40,017 nucleotides of DNA from an uncultured Gemmatimonadota bacterium (GTDB taxonomy: Bacteria > SM23-81): contig CAZOYL010000007.1 in the NCBI GenBank assembly GCA_964584035.1, positions 1 to 40,017 on the forward strand, read 5' to 3'. The notes beneath the pieces were generated by a model. The model saw only the letters and a list, made by a program, of their open reading frames with translations. It made no database searches and was not told the DNA's origin. Made by a program: the position numbers and the translations under genes. This document shows, one piece after another, positions 1-9,494 of this stretch (the stretch's first letter is position 1; every line of letters starts with the position of its first letter).

Positions 1-727
1 CGATGGCGCCCTTTGAGAGAAGAACGGACTTTATCTCGGCGATAAGAGGAGTGACCTCTCCCACCGCTTTTTCCAAATCATTGTCCAGCAATAACAAAAG
101 TTGATCCAAGTGGCTAATTTCTTTTAAGCTATTTAATTTAACGATTTTCGAATTTGATGTCAAGGGAATTTTCACCTGCCCGTAAGCCCAGGCCGTGGAG
201 ATGGACAGGTCCGGCTTCACCACCACCAGCCAGAAATCGGTGCGCATTCGCAGGGGAGTGAGGATCTCTCCACGCCCCCGGGCCAGAGCCGTTCCGCCGT
301 GCAGAAAAAAGGGCACATCGGAGCCCAGACGGGCGGCCATATGAGCGAGCTTTTGGTCGGATAACGATAAATTCCACAGCTGGTTCAACCCAAGCAGCGT
401 TGCCGCGGCATCGCTGCTTCCGCCTCCCAGGCCGGCGGCCGGAGGGATCCGTTTGCGGATCACGATACGGCAGCCTTCCCCGTGGGAGGTTTCTTCCTGA
501 ACCATTCGAGCCGTCCGGTGGGCCAGATTCTCCGGTCCGGAGGGCACCTCCGGGTGGTCGCAGCGGACCTCGATGGTCTCGTTCGGCAGGCGGGTGATCT
601 CGATCCGATCGCGCAGGTCAACGGCCTGCAGGATGGTCTCGATATCATGGAACCCGTCGGGGCGCTTGCGCAGTACCCGCAACCCCAAGTTGACCTTGGC
701 GCAGGCTGTCAGTATGATGGTGTTCAC
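1..727 (-). CDS. ispE: 4-diphosphocytidyl-2-C-methyl-D-erythritol kinase (MEP pathway, GHMP family); 3' end runs off the window
   Basis: Not in the ORF track because there is no stop in the window. Manual translation from GTG at 727 gives MNTIILTACAKVNLGLRVLRKRPDGFHDIETILQAVDLRDRI...KRIPPAAGLGGGSSDAAATL...AARLGSDVPFFLHGG, with the IspE AKVNL, GLGGGSSDAA and LGSDVPFF motifs. The frame is open to position 2. Confidence 0.95.
   Translation of the reverse strand, partial: MNTIILTACAKVNLGLRVLRKRPDGFHDIETILQAVDLRDRIEITRLPNETIEVRCDHPEVPSGPENLAHRTARMVQEETSHGEGCRIVIRKRIPPAAGLGGGSSDAAATLLGLNQLWNLSLSDQKLAHMAARLGSDVPFFLHGGTALARGRGEILTPLRMRTDFWLVVVKPDLSISTAWAYGQVKIPLTSNSKIVKLNSLKEISHLDQLLLLLDNDLEKAVGEVTPLIAEIKSVLLSKGAI
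135..163 (-). promoter_or_regulatory. Putative sigma70 promoter internal to ispE, directed toward genes beyond the left edge of the window
   Basis: The minus strand reads TTGACA (163-158), a 17-nt spacer, then TAAATT (140-135), inside a conspicuously AT-rich patch of an otherwise GC-rich gene. Confidence 0.6.
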
Positions 728-780
728 GATAGGTCCTGATGAAAGCAGGATCAGCTCGGGCGGGCCTTCGCGGGTGAGGT

Positions 781-1464
781 TTATTCCTGATAGGGGGGCC
801 AGAGATAGGGTCTTTTATAGAATCCCGGGGGACAGCGCAGGTCGGCGATCTTCTTGATGACCCGGGCGGGATTCCCGGCCACGACGGTATCCGGGGGCAC
901 ATCTTTCACCACCACGGAACCGGCTCCCACGAGGGAATTTTTTCCGATGACGACGCCGGGAAGCACCGTCACGTTGGCGCCGATCCGGGCCAGCGTCTCC
1001 ACCCGGGCGCCGCCGAGGCATTCTTTATAACGGGGACAGTTCATCGGATGGGGATCGTCGGTGAAAACGGTATTGGGGCCGATGAAGACATCGTCGCCCA
1101 CGGTAACCATCTCCAGAAAACATCCGCTGTGTATGCGAACACGGTTGCCGATCGTGTTGTCGAATTCGAGAATGGCGTGGGTACCCACGCTGACTCCGTC
1201 GCCGATACGGTTGTTCTCTCTGATGGAGGCGCCCTGACCGGTCTGGAACCGGTCGCCGATGTGATTGCCGGCATAGATGGTCGTGAAAGGCCTGACGACA
1301 GCCCCCTGGCCGATGACCACCGGCAGCTCTCCCTCCGCGGCTCCTCGCGGCGGCTGCCCGATGATGGAAGGTCCGTGGATCACCGATCCCGGACCGATCC
1401 GGACCCCGGGATAGATACGGCAGTGATCCTCGATCTGAACCCCGGGAAAATGGTTTTCTGTCAT
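781..1464 (-). CDS. Hexapeptide-repeat (left-handed beta-helix) N-acetyltransferase, WbpD-like
   Basis: Repeats IGxxxxI; motifs RIHSGCF, VFIGPNTVFTDD, RIGANVTVLPGVVIG, VGAGSVVVKDVP and VAGNPARVIK. Confidence 0.85.
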   Translation of the reverse strand: MTENHFPGVQIEDHCRIYPGVRIGPGSVIHGPSIIGQPPRGAAEGELPVVIGQGAVVRPFTTIYAGNHIGDRFQTGQGASIRENNRIGDGVSVGTHAILEFDNTIGNRVRIHSGCFLEMVTVGDDVFIGPNTVFTDDPHPMNCPRYKECLGGARVETLARIGANVTVLPGVVIGKNSLVGAGSVVVKDVPPDTVVAGNPARVIKKIADLRCPPGFYKRPYLWPPYQE

Positions 1465-2474
1465 CGCTCGATCGTCTCTACCTGTCCGCTATGTTCGATA
1501 GATTTTTGGGCGGCTTCGAGAGCTCGGACGACCCGCAGTCCGCTTTCACCATCCGTTTTGGGTTTCTGACCGGTGGTGATGCAATCGTGGAAGTGGGACA
1601 CCTCAACGCCGAGAGGCTCATAGTTGTCTAATTTCGGGGAAACGATGTCTCCGGCCCGGTAGCTGAGCTGAAACTCTCCGAACGAACCGGGTTCTTTATA
1701 ATCGACGCCTTTATCGTAAATCTTGACTTTTTCCATCACCTCGGTATCGTCATAGACCAGCATCTTCTCACTGCCGATGACGGCCGTGCGCCGCAGCTTA
1801 CTGGGGGCCAGCCAGCTGACTTCGATGTGGGCGATACAGCTGGAGGGGAACTCCATATTGATGAAGGCAACATCCGGAATACCTTTTTGAACGTAATCCC
1901 GGCCGATGGCGGTGATCCTCAGAGGAGCCGATTTCAGCCAGGAAAAAAGAATGGAAAAGTCGTGGGAAGCCAGATCCCAGATGACGCTGACATCCTTTCG
2001 GTGCAGGCCCAGATTCACGCGTGAGGAGCTAACGAAGTAGATCTCGCCCAGCTGGCCGGAGGAGATCAGCTCTCCGATCTTGATCACCGGAGGGCTGTAT
2101 TCGAAGGTGTGTCCCACCATCAGGGTCAGCCCCCGGTCAGCGGCCACCCCGATCAGCTCTTCGGCCTCCGCCGAGCTGGCGGTGAAGGGTTTTTCCACGA
2201 AGACATGCTTGCCGGCCTGAAGCGCATCCCGGGCCAGCTGGTAATGGGTGTTGACCGGCGTGGCAATGGCGATGGCCTCTGTCTTATCGAGAACTTCCTG
2301 GAAATGCGTGGTGATCTCTATGGCGGGGAAATTCCCCTGGGCTCGCTCCAGCTTGGCCTCGTCCAGGTCGCAGCCGATTACCTTGTGGTATCCCTTATCG
2401 CTGAGGAAATTCCGTATCAAATTCGGGCCCCAGTAGCCGCAACCCACCACGCCCACATCGATCCGTTTGCTCAT
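1461..2474 (-). CDS. Gfo/Idh/MocA family oxidoreductase (WbpB-like NDP-sugar 3-dehydrogenase candidate)
   Basis: VGVVGCGYWGPN Rossmann motif, GKHVFVEKPF, MVGHTFEY and WDLASHD. Confidence 0.88.
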   Translation of the reverse strand: MSKRIDVGVVGCGYWGPNLIRNFLSDKGYHKVIGCDLDEAKLERAQGNFPAIEITTHFQEVLDKTEAIAIATPVNTHYQLARDALQAGKHVFVEKPFTASSAEAEELIGVAADRGLTLMVGHTFEYSPPVIKIGELISSGQLGEIYFVSSSRVNLGLHRKDVSVIWDLASHDFSILFSWLKSAPLRITAIGRDYVQKGIPDVAFINMEFPSSCIAHIEVSWLAPSKLRRTAVIGSEKMLVYDDTEVMEKVKIYDKGVDYKEPGSFGEFQLSYRAGDIVSPKLDNYEPLGVEVSHFHDCITTGQKPKTDGESGLRVVRALEAAQKSIEHSGQVETIER

Positions 2475-2499
2475 GTTAAAACAACTCCCATGTTATGTC

Positions 2500-3972
2500 T
2501 CACAGGGCTCCTTTACCGGAGAAGGCCGCCGGAATCGTCTTCAGCATCAGCTGAAAATCGAACAGCAGCGACCAGTGCTCCACGTAGTAAAGATCAAGCA
2601 TGACCATGTCGTCGAAGCCCACCGTACTTCTGGCGGTGACCTGCCACAACCCGGTGATGCCCGGTTTTACCTGCAGACGTTTGTTGTGCCATTCTTTATA
2701 CAGTTCAGCCTCATAGGGCAGCGGGGGTCGAGGTCCCACCAGGCTCATATCGCCGCGGACGACGTTGATCAGTTGCGGCAGCTCATCGATGCTGAGTTTG
2801 CGAAGGTATTTGCCCACCCGGGTGATCCGGGGATCGTTGTCCAGCTTGAACAGATGGTCGCCATTCTGAGCTTTACCGGCAGTGTGGTTGTTGGCGATGA
2901 ACTCTTTGGAGTACTGCCGGTGGATATCATCGTCCTGGTGGTCCACCATGGTGCGCAGCTTGTAGATGGTGAAGGAACGACCATGGTGCCCCAGCCGCCT
3001 CTGGCGGAACAGGATCGGACCGGGCGAATCTACTTTGATGAGCAGGGCCGCCGCGGCCAGCATCGGCATGGTCAGGATCAATCCCAGCGAGCCGATCACC
3101 AGATCGATGGCCCGCTTGAGGACCAGGTTGACCTCTGAAAAACTTTTGGGCTGGATGGTGACGGTGGGAACTCCGTCGATCTTTCCGGAGGGAGAGTGCT
3201 GGCAGACCACATCGAGAAGCTCCGAGGTCAGGGTGACCGGAAGGCGGGTGGCCTTGCAGGTGTCGATCAGGCTGATCAGCTCACCATGAGTCAGGGATGG
3301 AGCCCCCAGAAAGATCTCGCCCACATCGTATGTCTTGACCACCTCGGCAATGTCGTCGGTGCAGCCGAGAACCCGCATGTTCGCTGCGCTGATGGCCGCC
3401 GGAGGGGTATTCTCGATGAAGCCGATCACATCCAGGCCCAGGGACGGGCACTCGGTGATATGTTTGGCCAGCTGACGTCCCCGGTCTCCGGTTCCCACGA
3501 TGAGGGCTCTCCGCCCCGCTCCCTTTCCTCCGAATAACGGAAAAATCAGTTTACTGAAGAACAGTCCTCTCCACAGCAGCGTGAATCCCAGGCTGATGAG
3601 AAAACCGAAACCGATGAACAACCGGCTCTGCAGGTGAGCGTGGGCCTTGAGGATAAAGACCAGAGTCAACAGCAGGATGGTGCCGATCACGACCGCCTTG
3701 AGAACCCGGAAGAGCTGATCCATGATGGGAAAGAAGTTTCTTTCCCGATAGAGACCATAGCCGGCGAAGATGAACAGCCAGGCTCCGGAGACAAACAGGA
3801 TCAGCAGCAGATTCCGTTCGCTCAGCCGGGCGGGCGGTCCCAGGAGCCCGGTGCCGAATCGCAGCCACTGGGCGAAAACCAGGGCGCTGAAAATAATGAC
3901 CCAATCGGCCAGGACCAGAAAAATCTTCCGGATCGTTTTTTGGTTTATCCTTTTCAGGATAACCGTCCTCAT
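2500..3972 (-). CDS. Polyprenyl-phosphate sugar phosphotransferase (WcaJ/WbaP-like initiating transferase)
   Basis: Four N-terminal TM segments, a CoA-binding-like ALIVGTG domain, and Bac_transf motifs [47 protein letters not shown] and [10 protein letters not shown]. Confidence 0.93.
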   Translation of the reverse strand: MRTVILKRINQKTIRKIFLVLADWVIIFSALVFAQWLRFGTGLLGPPARLSERNLLLILFVSGAWLFIFAGYGLYRERNFFPIMDQLFRVLKAVVIGTILLLTLVFILKAHAHLQSRLFIGFGFLISLGFTLLWRGLFFSKLIFPLFGGKGAGRRALIVGTGDRGRQLAKHITECPSLGLDVIGFIENTPPAAISAANMRVLGCTDDIAEVVKTYDVGEIFLGAPSLTHGELISLIDTCKATRLPVTLTSELLDVVCQHSPSGKIDGVPTVTIQPKSFSEVNLVLKRAIDLVIGSLGLILTMPMLAAAALLIKVDSPGPILFRQRRLGHHGRSFTIYKLRTMVDHQDDDIHRQYSKEFIANNHTAGKAQNGDHLFKLDNDPRITRVGKYLRKLSIDELPQLINVVRGDMSLVGPRPPLPYEAELYKEWHNKRLQVKPGITGLWQVTARSTVGFDDMVMLDLYYVEHWSLLFDFQLMLKTIPAAFSGKGAL

Positions 3973-3985
3973 TTCGGCGCTCCCG

Positions 3986-4031
3986 GTTCTTTGCCGGCCC
4001 TGTGATTAGCCGGGCTGCCGGCGAAAAGAAC
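3986..4031. other. Intergenic imperfect inverted repeat (stem-loop) between DegT and the sugar transferase
   Basis: GTTCTTT-GCCGGC ... GCCGGC-GA-AAAGAAC arms; no downstream U-tract on either strand. Confidence 0.5.
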
Positions 4032-5129
4032 TCACAGAAACTCTCTGATGCTCTCCGCCACGTGCCGGATCTGCGGCTCGGTCAGCTCCGGAAACATGGG
4101 TAGAGAGAGTACCTCGGCGGCGCAAGCCTCTGCTGCCGGGAAGCTTCCCGGGCGGTAGCCCAGACGGGCATAGGCCTCCTGCTGGTGCAGGGCCAGCGGA
4201 TAGTGTAAACCGACCGAAACGCCCCGCGAGGCAAGATGGTCGGCCAGCTCATTCCGTCGATTCAATTGAATAATATAGAGATGAAAGACATGTTTTGCAA
4301 ATTCTTTTTCGGTTGGTGTTTTCACGTCCAGGCCGTGGAGCAGTTCACCGTAAAGCCGGGCGTGATCCCGGCGCTGCGCATTCCAACGGTCGAGATGTTT
4401 CAGCTTGACACTCAGGACGGCCGCCTGGATGGTGTCCAGGCGGTAATTGAATCCCTCCCGGGGATGACGGTTCTTTTCCTTTTGACCGTGATTGCTCAAC
4501 ATTCTGACGGTCTCGGCCAGATCCGGGTCGTTCGTCACCACTATTCCGCCGTCGCCGTAAGCACCCAGATTCTTGCCGGGATAGAAACTGAAGCAGCCGA
4601 TATGGCCCAGGGCGCCGACCTTCTTTCCTTTGTACTCAGCGCCATGAGCCTGGCAGGCGTCCTCGATAACCAGGAGGTCATGGCGCCGGGCGATCTCCAT
4701 GACAGGGTCCATGTCGGCCGGCTGCCCGTACAGGTGAACGGGCATGATGGCCCGGGTTCGAGTCGTGATGGCCTCCTCGATGCGGCCGGCGTCGATGTTC
4801 ATGCTGTCCGGCTCCACATCCACGAAAACCGGCCTGGCTCCGGCCAGGGTGATGGCTTCGGTGGTGGCGATAAAGGTGTTGGGCACGGTGATGACCTCAT
4901 CGCCGGAGCCGATCCCGGCGGCTGCCAGGGCCACGTGAAGGGCGGCGGTGCCGGAGCTGACCCCGATGGCGTGGTCGGTCCGGCAAAACGAGGCAAACTG
5001 TTCCTCGAAGGCCTTCAGGCGGGGTCCGCCCACGAACCATCCGCTGGAGACCACCTTTCCGATGGCGTGATCGATCTCATTGTGAATCTGGGAATATTGT
5101 GCTTTTAGATCGACGAAGGGAATGTTCAT
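4032..5129 (-). CDS. DegT/DnrJ/EryC1/StrS PLP-dependent sugar aminotransferase
   Basis: Start moved to [12 protein letters not shown] (ATG 5129). Motifs [40 protein letters not shown] (PLP lysine) and [10 protein letters not shown]. Confidence 0.92.
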   Translation of the reverse strand: MNIPFVDLKAQYSQIHNEIDHAIGKVVSSGWFVGGPRLKAFEEQFASFCRTDHAIGVSSGTAALHVALAAAGIGSGDEVITVPNTFIATTEAITLAGARPVFVDVEPDSMNIDAGRIEEAITTRTRAIMPVHLYGQPADMDPVMEIARRHDLLVIEDACQAHGAEYKGKKVGALGHIGCFSFYPGKNLGAYGDGGIVVTNDPDLAETVRMLSNHGQKEKNRHPREGFNYRLDTIQAAVLSVKLKHLDRWNAQRRDHARLYGELLHGLDVKTPTEKEFAKHVFHLYIIQLNRRNELADHLASRGVSVGLHYPLALHQQEAYARLGYRPGSFPAAEACAAEVLSLPMFPELTEPQIRHVAESIREFL

Positions 5130-5176
5130 CTGGAATCCTTTCTTGGAAGGAACTTCGGCATAATGATAGGGTACAT
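5126..5176 (-). CDS. Possible 16-aa micro-ORF ([16 protein letters not shown]) translationally coupled to DegT
   Basis: GGAGG lies 8 nt upstream of ATG 5176, and its TGA overlaps the DegT ATG (ATGA). No homology evidence. Confidence 0.25.
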   Translation of the reverse strand: MYPIIMPKFLPRKDSR

Positions 5177-5218
5177 TTCTTTCTCCTCCGCAGGTATACA
5201 TACTGGATTAACTATCTG

Positions 5219-6466
5219 TCATATGGTATCATGCAACAATTCTTCGTAGAGGGCAATCAAAGGTTTGGAAACCTGCTTCCAAGAAAGGGAAAGCACCCTT
5301 TCTCGGGCCAGTCTGCCCAGCCGCTCACGTCGCTTCTCGTCACGGATAAGTTCGACGATGGTTCGGGCGAATTCTTCTGTATCGCCGGGTGTGACAAAAA
5401 CCCCTGCATCCTGCAGGGTGTTTATGCTTTCCCTGAGCGCATAGGAGACGATGGGTTTGCCGAAAATGAGGTACTCAGTGTTCTTGATGAAGGTAGAGTG
5501 GTCGTTGAGAAAGGTTTGCGGAGCCGAGTCGACGAAAATGTCCGCAGATGACAACAGCGTATTGATTCGCCCCCGGTCCGCCACGTGTCCGGTAAGAATC
5601 ACGTTCTGCTGCAGGTTCATATGAGACGTGAGCCTCTGGATTTCGTAGAAAAAGTCCCCTTCCCCGATGATCAGCAAACAGACATCCTTTTTCCCCAAAT
5701 GATGGACGATTTTGTGCATGACCTTGAGGAGGTTGTCCACGCCGTCCTGTACGTTGATCGCCCCGAGGTAGCAGAGGATGGTTTTTGCCATGTTTCGGAT
5801 CGCTTCATCCGGATCTACAATCTTCATAATGTTTAAGTCCGGTCCGTTGCGAACCACGAAAACTTTGTTTTCCGGGACCCCGCATCTTTCCATCTCGATC
5901 CGTTTGTAGGATTCGTTTGTGGCGATGATGTAATCGGCCGTTCTGCAGGAGACTCTTTCCAGGAGCAGGAGGAAACGGTAGATGATCTTCCGGTTTTCGC
6001 CGTATTTAGTCAAAAAAAGGTCCGGTGACAGATCGTGGTGGTCATATACGAACTTCTTGCCGATCATCTTGTAGAAACCGGCGATGAGAAACAGGGTGTC
6101 CGGCGGATTGTGCGTGTGCACCACGTCAATTCGATGTCTCAGACATATCCACAATGACAATATAAAGCCAGCCGAGGTGAAATAGAAATATTCAAAACCA
6201 TATCCAATAGCTGCCTTCGCCACCACTGACAGTCTTTGAATCCATCCGTTCTCAGGTTTTGCCTTCGTCTGCTTTCCGCGACGGAAGAGTTCCACTTTCG
6301 GGATCCTGTATATATGGACCCCCTTCCAGTCCTCATGGAGTTTCTCACTTCTGCCCTGGATGGCAATGGCTGCGATCCGGTGTCCACAAGCCATCAGGGT
6401 GAGAGCCTCCTGGCTGACTCGGATGTCCGAGGGGAAATTTGATTCGGAGATCATGAGGATATTCAT
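5219..6466 (-). CDS. Glycosyltransferase family 4 (GT-B)
   Basis: DIRVSQEA, VVHTHNPPD, FVYDHHDLSPDLF, VVRNGPD, YLGAINVQDG and IKNTEYLIFGKPIV (a variant of the typical K.EYMA.GKPIV). Confidence 0.9.
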   Translation of the reverse strand: MNILMISESNFPSDIRVSQEALTLMACGHRIAAIAIQGRSEKLHEDWKGVHIYRIPKVELFRRGKQTKAKPENGWIQRLSVVAKAAIGYGFEYFYFTSAGFILSLWICLRHRIDVVHTHNPPDTLFLIAGFYKMIGKKFVYDHHDLSPDLFLTKYGENRKIIYRFLLLLERVSCRTADYIIATNESYKRIEMERCGVPENKVFVVRNGPDLNIMKIVDPDEAIRNMAKTILCYLGAINVQDGVDNLLKVMHKIVHHLGKKDVCLLIIGEGDFFYEIQRLTSHMNLQQNVILTGHVADRGRINTLLSSADIFVDSAPQTFLNDHSTFIKNTEYLIFGKPIVSYALRESINTLQDAGVFVTPGDTEEFARTIVELIRDEKRRERLGRLARERVLSLSWKQVSKPLIALYEELLHDTI

Positions 6467-6598
6467 TTCTTTCCCCTGATGTGATGATTGCGGTGCTGGG
6501 AGCGGAAAGTCATCGGGAGTTTGTATCTCTCGATGTTTTATTGGTCACATATCAAAGGGTCTTCACGGCGCGAAGAGGATTCAACCCGGTCGGTCACT

Positions 6599-7915
6599 TT
6601 ATGGAAGGGCGGTTGGGCCGGCACTGTCCACGGGTGCCGTCAGGATTGGGTCCAGAAGGACGTAGCCCAGTCGAGAATCGTCTTGCCCATCCCAAACGAG
6701 AGCGCTGATTTCGCCGGGGTCATTGCTGTCCCACCAGTTTTGCTGGGCCTGCACATCCTGAGGCTGGTCTTTCAGATGGATGTGAGAGCTTCCGTTTTGA
6801 ATGATATTGTTGAGATGAATGTCAGGATTGTTATATCCGACCAGGTGCAGTCCGTATTGTTGCTGACCGCTGATCTGGTTGGCCTCGATGCGGGGATCGC
6901 AGTAATAAAAGAGATAGATGGCATCCTCGTTATCAAGGAACAGGTTGTGCCATACCAGGGGGTCGGACTCCGACTTGGCCAGAAGACCACGCTGATTATA
7001 GGAAATAAAATTGTCTCTGATCTCAGGATGTGACTCGGCACAGGCGATGCCTGCCGTGGTGTTCGCCTGGATGGTATTGGCCTGGATGATTCCGGCGGAT
7101 CCGCCATCGCAGGAGATCCCGCCGTAATTGTCTGTCAATAAGTTTTGGCGAACCTCGGGATCGGAAGAAGAGAAAACCAGACCAAAACTGGAACAGTGGC
7201 TGATGGTGTTGTGATAAATGACCGGCGAAACCCGGGAGCAGGCCGCTCCGATGTTTGCGTATTCAATCCTACAGTAGGCGAGGGTATCCGCCGAGTCCTT
7301 CCCCGACCCCTCAAGCCTGATGCGGTCCCAATCTCCCGAAGTGTTCGCTATCTCCATGCCCGTTATCCAAATGGAGTCGGTAGCTGTGCCCCTGGCTGTG
7401 AGCCTGCCCAGGACATTCAGCCGGAAGTAGCCCTCGAATTTAACGATAGTGCCGGGATCCAAGATCAGTTGAGCTCCGGGCTGGACCGTGACAGACCGGG
7501 TGATGAGATAGGGCCCGTCCTCGGAGGTCCAACGCACTTGGCCTGTGAGATCGTTCTCAACTCTGTGAAACAGAGGGAGCTCCCTGGTGGGAGCAACTGT
7601 CTGACGCCCTGCGGTTACCGAAACATCTTCGATGATGATGAAGTCGAAAAGGTGCCGCGTGGTATTGCCATCGGTGGCCGAGAGTGTATAAGTCCCAGCG
7701 GGGACGGAGGAAAACGAATAATTCCCCGTGCTCGAGGTGGTCACATGCTGACCCAGTTCTTTCAATTGAATCACGATGCCGCTGTGTTCTTCCTGCCCTT
7801 CCATAGTGACAACGCCGACTAGAGTCCCCTGGGGGTCGGTGGGGTTTTTCGAGCAGTTGGCTGTGATCATGGACAGAATCAGGAGCCAGAGCATTGCCGG
7901 TTTAAGCATGATCAT
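6599..7915 (-). CDS. Putative lipoprotein with a carboxypeptidase-regulatory-like Ig domain and right-handed parallel beta-helix (NosD/PbH1-like) repeats
   Basis: Hydrophobic leader ending TANC-SKNPT; GNYSFSSVPAGTYTLSA; SPY-like GPYLITRSVTVQPGAQLILDPGTIVKF; repeated NxIxxN..GI; NWW motif near the C-terminus. The start could be 7939, 7915 or 7909. Confidence 0.75.
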   Translation of the reverse strand: MIMLKPAMLWLLILSMITANCSKNPTDPQGTLVGVVTMEGQEEHSGIVIQLKELGQHVTTSSTGNYSFSSVPAGTYTLSATDGNTTRHLFDFIIIEDVSVTAGRQTVAPTRELPLFHRVENDLTGQVRWTSEDGPYLITRSVTVQPGAQLILDPGTIVKFEGYFRLNVLGRLTARGTATDSIWITGMEIANTSGDWDRIRLEGSGKDSADTLAYCRIEYANIGAACSRVSPVIYHNTISHCSSFGLVFSSSDPEVRQNLLTDNYGGISCDGGSAGIIQANTIQANTTAGIACAESHPEIRDNFISYNQRGLLAKSESDPLVWHNLFLDNEDAIYLFYYCDPRIEANQISGQQQYGLHLVGYNNPDIHLNNIIQNGSSHIHLKDQPQDVQAQQNWWDSNDPGEISALVWDGQDDSRLGYVLLDPILTAPVDSAGPTALP

Positions 7916-7948
7916 ATCCTCAGGGCTGGATATTTCCAAAGGGGTGCA

Positions 7949-8335
7949 TTAAACGTCTGTAATGGAATACCGGATGTCAAGGACAAATTTCCCTTGATGG
8001 ACTCCTGTGGCAGCACTTGCTGCGTTGTTTTCTTCATCTGTCTCTGAGATGACATCGCAGGGGTCCAGAATGAAATAGAGCCGGTGAATTACCGAAAGCA
8101 TCCCGCTTATAGCCCTTTTGATGACTCTCGAGCTATCGGGGCCGATACGCTCTATAGTTGACAGATCAATGGCGGTGCCACCGCTGTCAGGATGGCCGTT
8201 GAAAAACTGAACGCAGTCGTCCAGATCCTCTGCGACGGACGGCGGCAGTCCACCGGCCAGACTGACGATCAGCGCAGAGATGAGAATGAAACCCGGCCTA
8301 TAGTATTTCTTGTGCCGATCGAACTCGATGGTCAT
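7949..8335 (-). pseudogene. Signal peptide plus partial CARDB-like Ig domain; probably a truncated remnant of a larger secreted protein
   Basis: VQFFNGHPDSGGTAI...HRLYFILDPCDVISETDEENNAAS resembles the C-terminal half of CARDB. The N-terminal half (PDL...V.N.G) is missing. Confidence 0.45.
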
Positions 8336-8354
8336 TTGCGGGTCGTTTTCCTTC

Positions 8355-9464
8355 TCAGTATGGTTGTTTCGGCTTTTTTAACATCAGACGGAGGAGGGCC
8401 GGAAGAGCGTAGCGCAGGAGCCGAAAGAAATTCCTGAAGGTGTAGCCCACTAAGAAGGACGGTCCCCTTTTCAGCAGAGTGATGATCTTTGCCCGGATAT
8501 CGAGTTCATCAACAGAGAGATAACCGCGGGATTCGGAGAGAAACCCAGCAGACGACAGCCGGTCCAAATGCGCTAAAACATCATCTCTCTCATTACCGTC
8601 GGGAATGAGTTCCACCTGAAATCCATTGACGATGCGAATGGGGATGGGCTGATATTCATAGTAAAGAGATTCCTTTTTGCGCAGTTCTATTTTGAGAATT
8701 AGGCCCTGACGAGTGCGCTCGTCAGGCAACTCGTTTTCGTAACTGTCGAATATGAAGTTGCCGAGACTGTAAGCGATCAGCCCCTTTTTGTATTTTTCGA
8801 TTCCCTGGATGACGTGCGGATGATGCCCGATGACGAAATCCGCCCCATGATCGATGATCCAATGGGCCAGCCTGATCATCTCCAGAGTGGGAGCATCCTG
8901 AAACATGACGCCGCCATGTAGGACAGTTATCACGAAATCGGCTTGCTGGCGGGCAATTTTAAGTTCCTGCGCAGTTTGTGATTTATGCAGACCGGCTGGT
9001 CCCAAGGGCCCTCTGGAAGTTTCACCCCAGCAGAGGTAGGCCTGAAAGCAAATACGGATGCCATTTTGGGTATACACGAAGGGTTGTCTGGCCTCTTCTC
9101 TGCTCATCCCGGCTCCGAAATGGCCGATGCCCTGCTTGTCCAGGAGGCGCAGGGTGTCTTGCAGTGCCGCCGGACCATAGTCCATGATATGATTGTTGGC
9201 CAGGGAGACGACGCCGATGCCGGAGTAACTCAGACCCTCCAGGGAATCAGGGTTTGCCCTGGCCACCACCTCCTTGTGCCGCTCGGGTACCCCGCGCGTT
9301 GAGAAGGGCGATTCAAGGTTGCCGAGAACCAAATCTGCCGATCGCAGGAAAGAGGCGATGCGGCGGAATGGATGCTGGGCGCCTTTTCGATGGATCTCTT
9401 CAGCTACCAGCCGCGCCAGCCAGATATCTCCAACCGCCAGTAAGGTGATCTTTCCTTCCGACAT
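8355..9464 (-). CDS. CapA/PGA_cap family metallophosphoesterase-fold protein
   Basis: AVGDI, GNLESP, VSLANNHIMDYG, LHGG, VIGHHPHVIQGIE and IAYSLGNFIF. Confidence 0.9.
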   Translation of the reverse strand: MSEGKITLLAVGDIWLARLVAEEIHRKGAQHPFRRIASFLRSADLVLGNLESPFSTRGVPERHKEVVARANPDSLEGLSYSGIGVVSLANNHIMDYGPAALQDTLRLLDKQGIGHFGAGMSREEARQPFVYTQNGIRICFQAYLCWGETSRGPLGPAGLHKSQTAQELKIARQQADFVITVLHGGVMFQDAPTLEMIRLAHWIIDHGADFVIGHHPHVIQGIEKYKKGLIAYSLGNFIFDSYENELPDERTRQGLILKIELRKKESLYYEYQPIPIRIVNGFQVELIPDGNERDDVLAHLDRLSSAGFLSESRGYLSVDELDIRAKIITLLKRGPSFLVGYTFRNFFRLLRYALPALLRLMLKKPKQPY

Positions 9465-9494
9465 TCAGGTTTCCCCTCGTTTCCCTATCTGTTT

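Noticed and set aside
731..780. CTGATGA followed by a small hairpin (TCCTG-ATGAAAG-CAGGA), superficially like a hammerhead ribozyme core
   Set aside because: There is no properly placed GAAA or three-stem architecture. At most it is a 5-bp hairpin near the ispE RBS.
138..902. Short track ORFs at the left end of the window
   Set aside because: The region is explained by ispE (1-727, minus strand) and the acetyltransferase.
6467..6598. Largest intergenic gap as a possible promoter, ncRNA or JUMPstart/ops element
   Set aside because: No convincing -35/-10 pair or ops motif was found, only a weak CATCG...CGATG hairpin.
8355..9464. Poly-gamma-glutamate capsule operon
   Set aside because: Only a CapA-domain gene is present; there is no capB/capC in the window.
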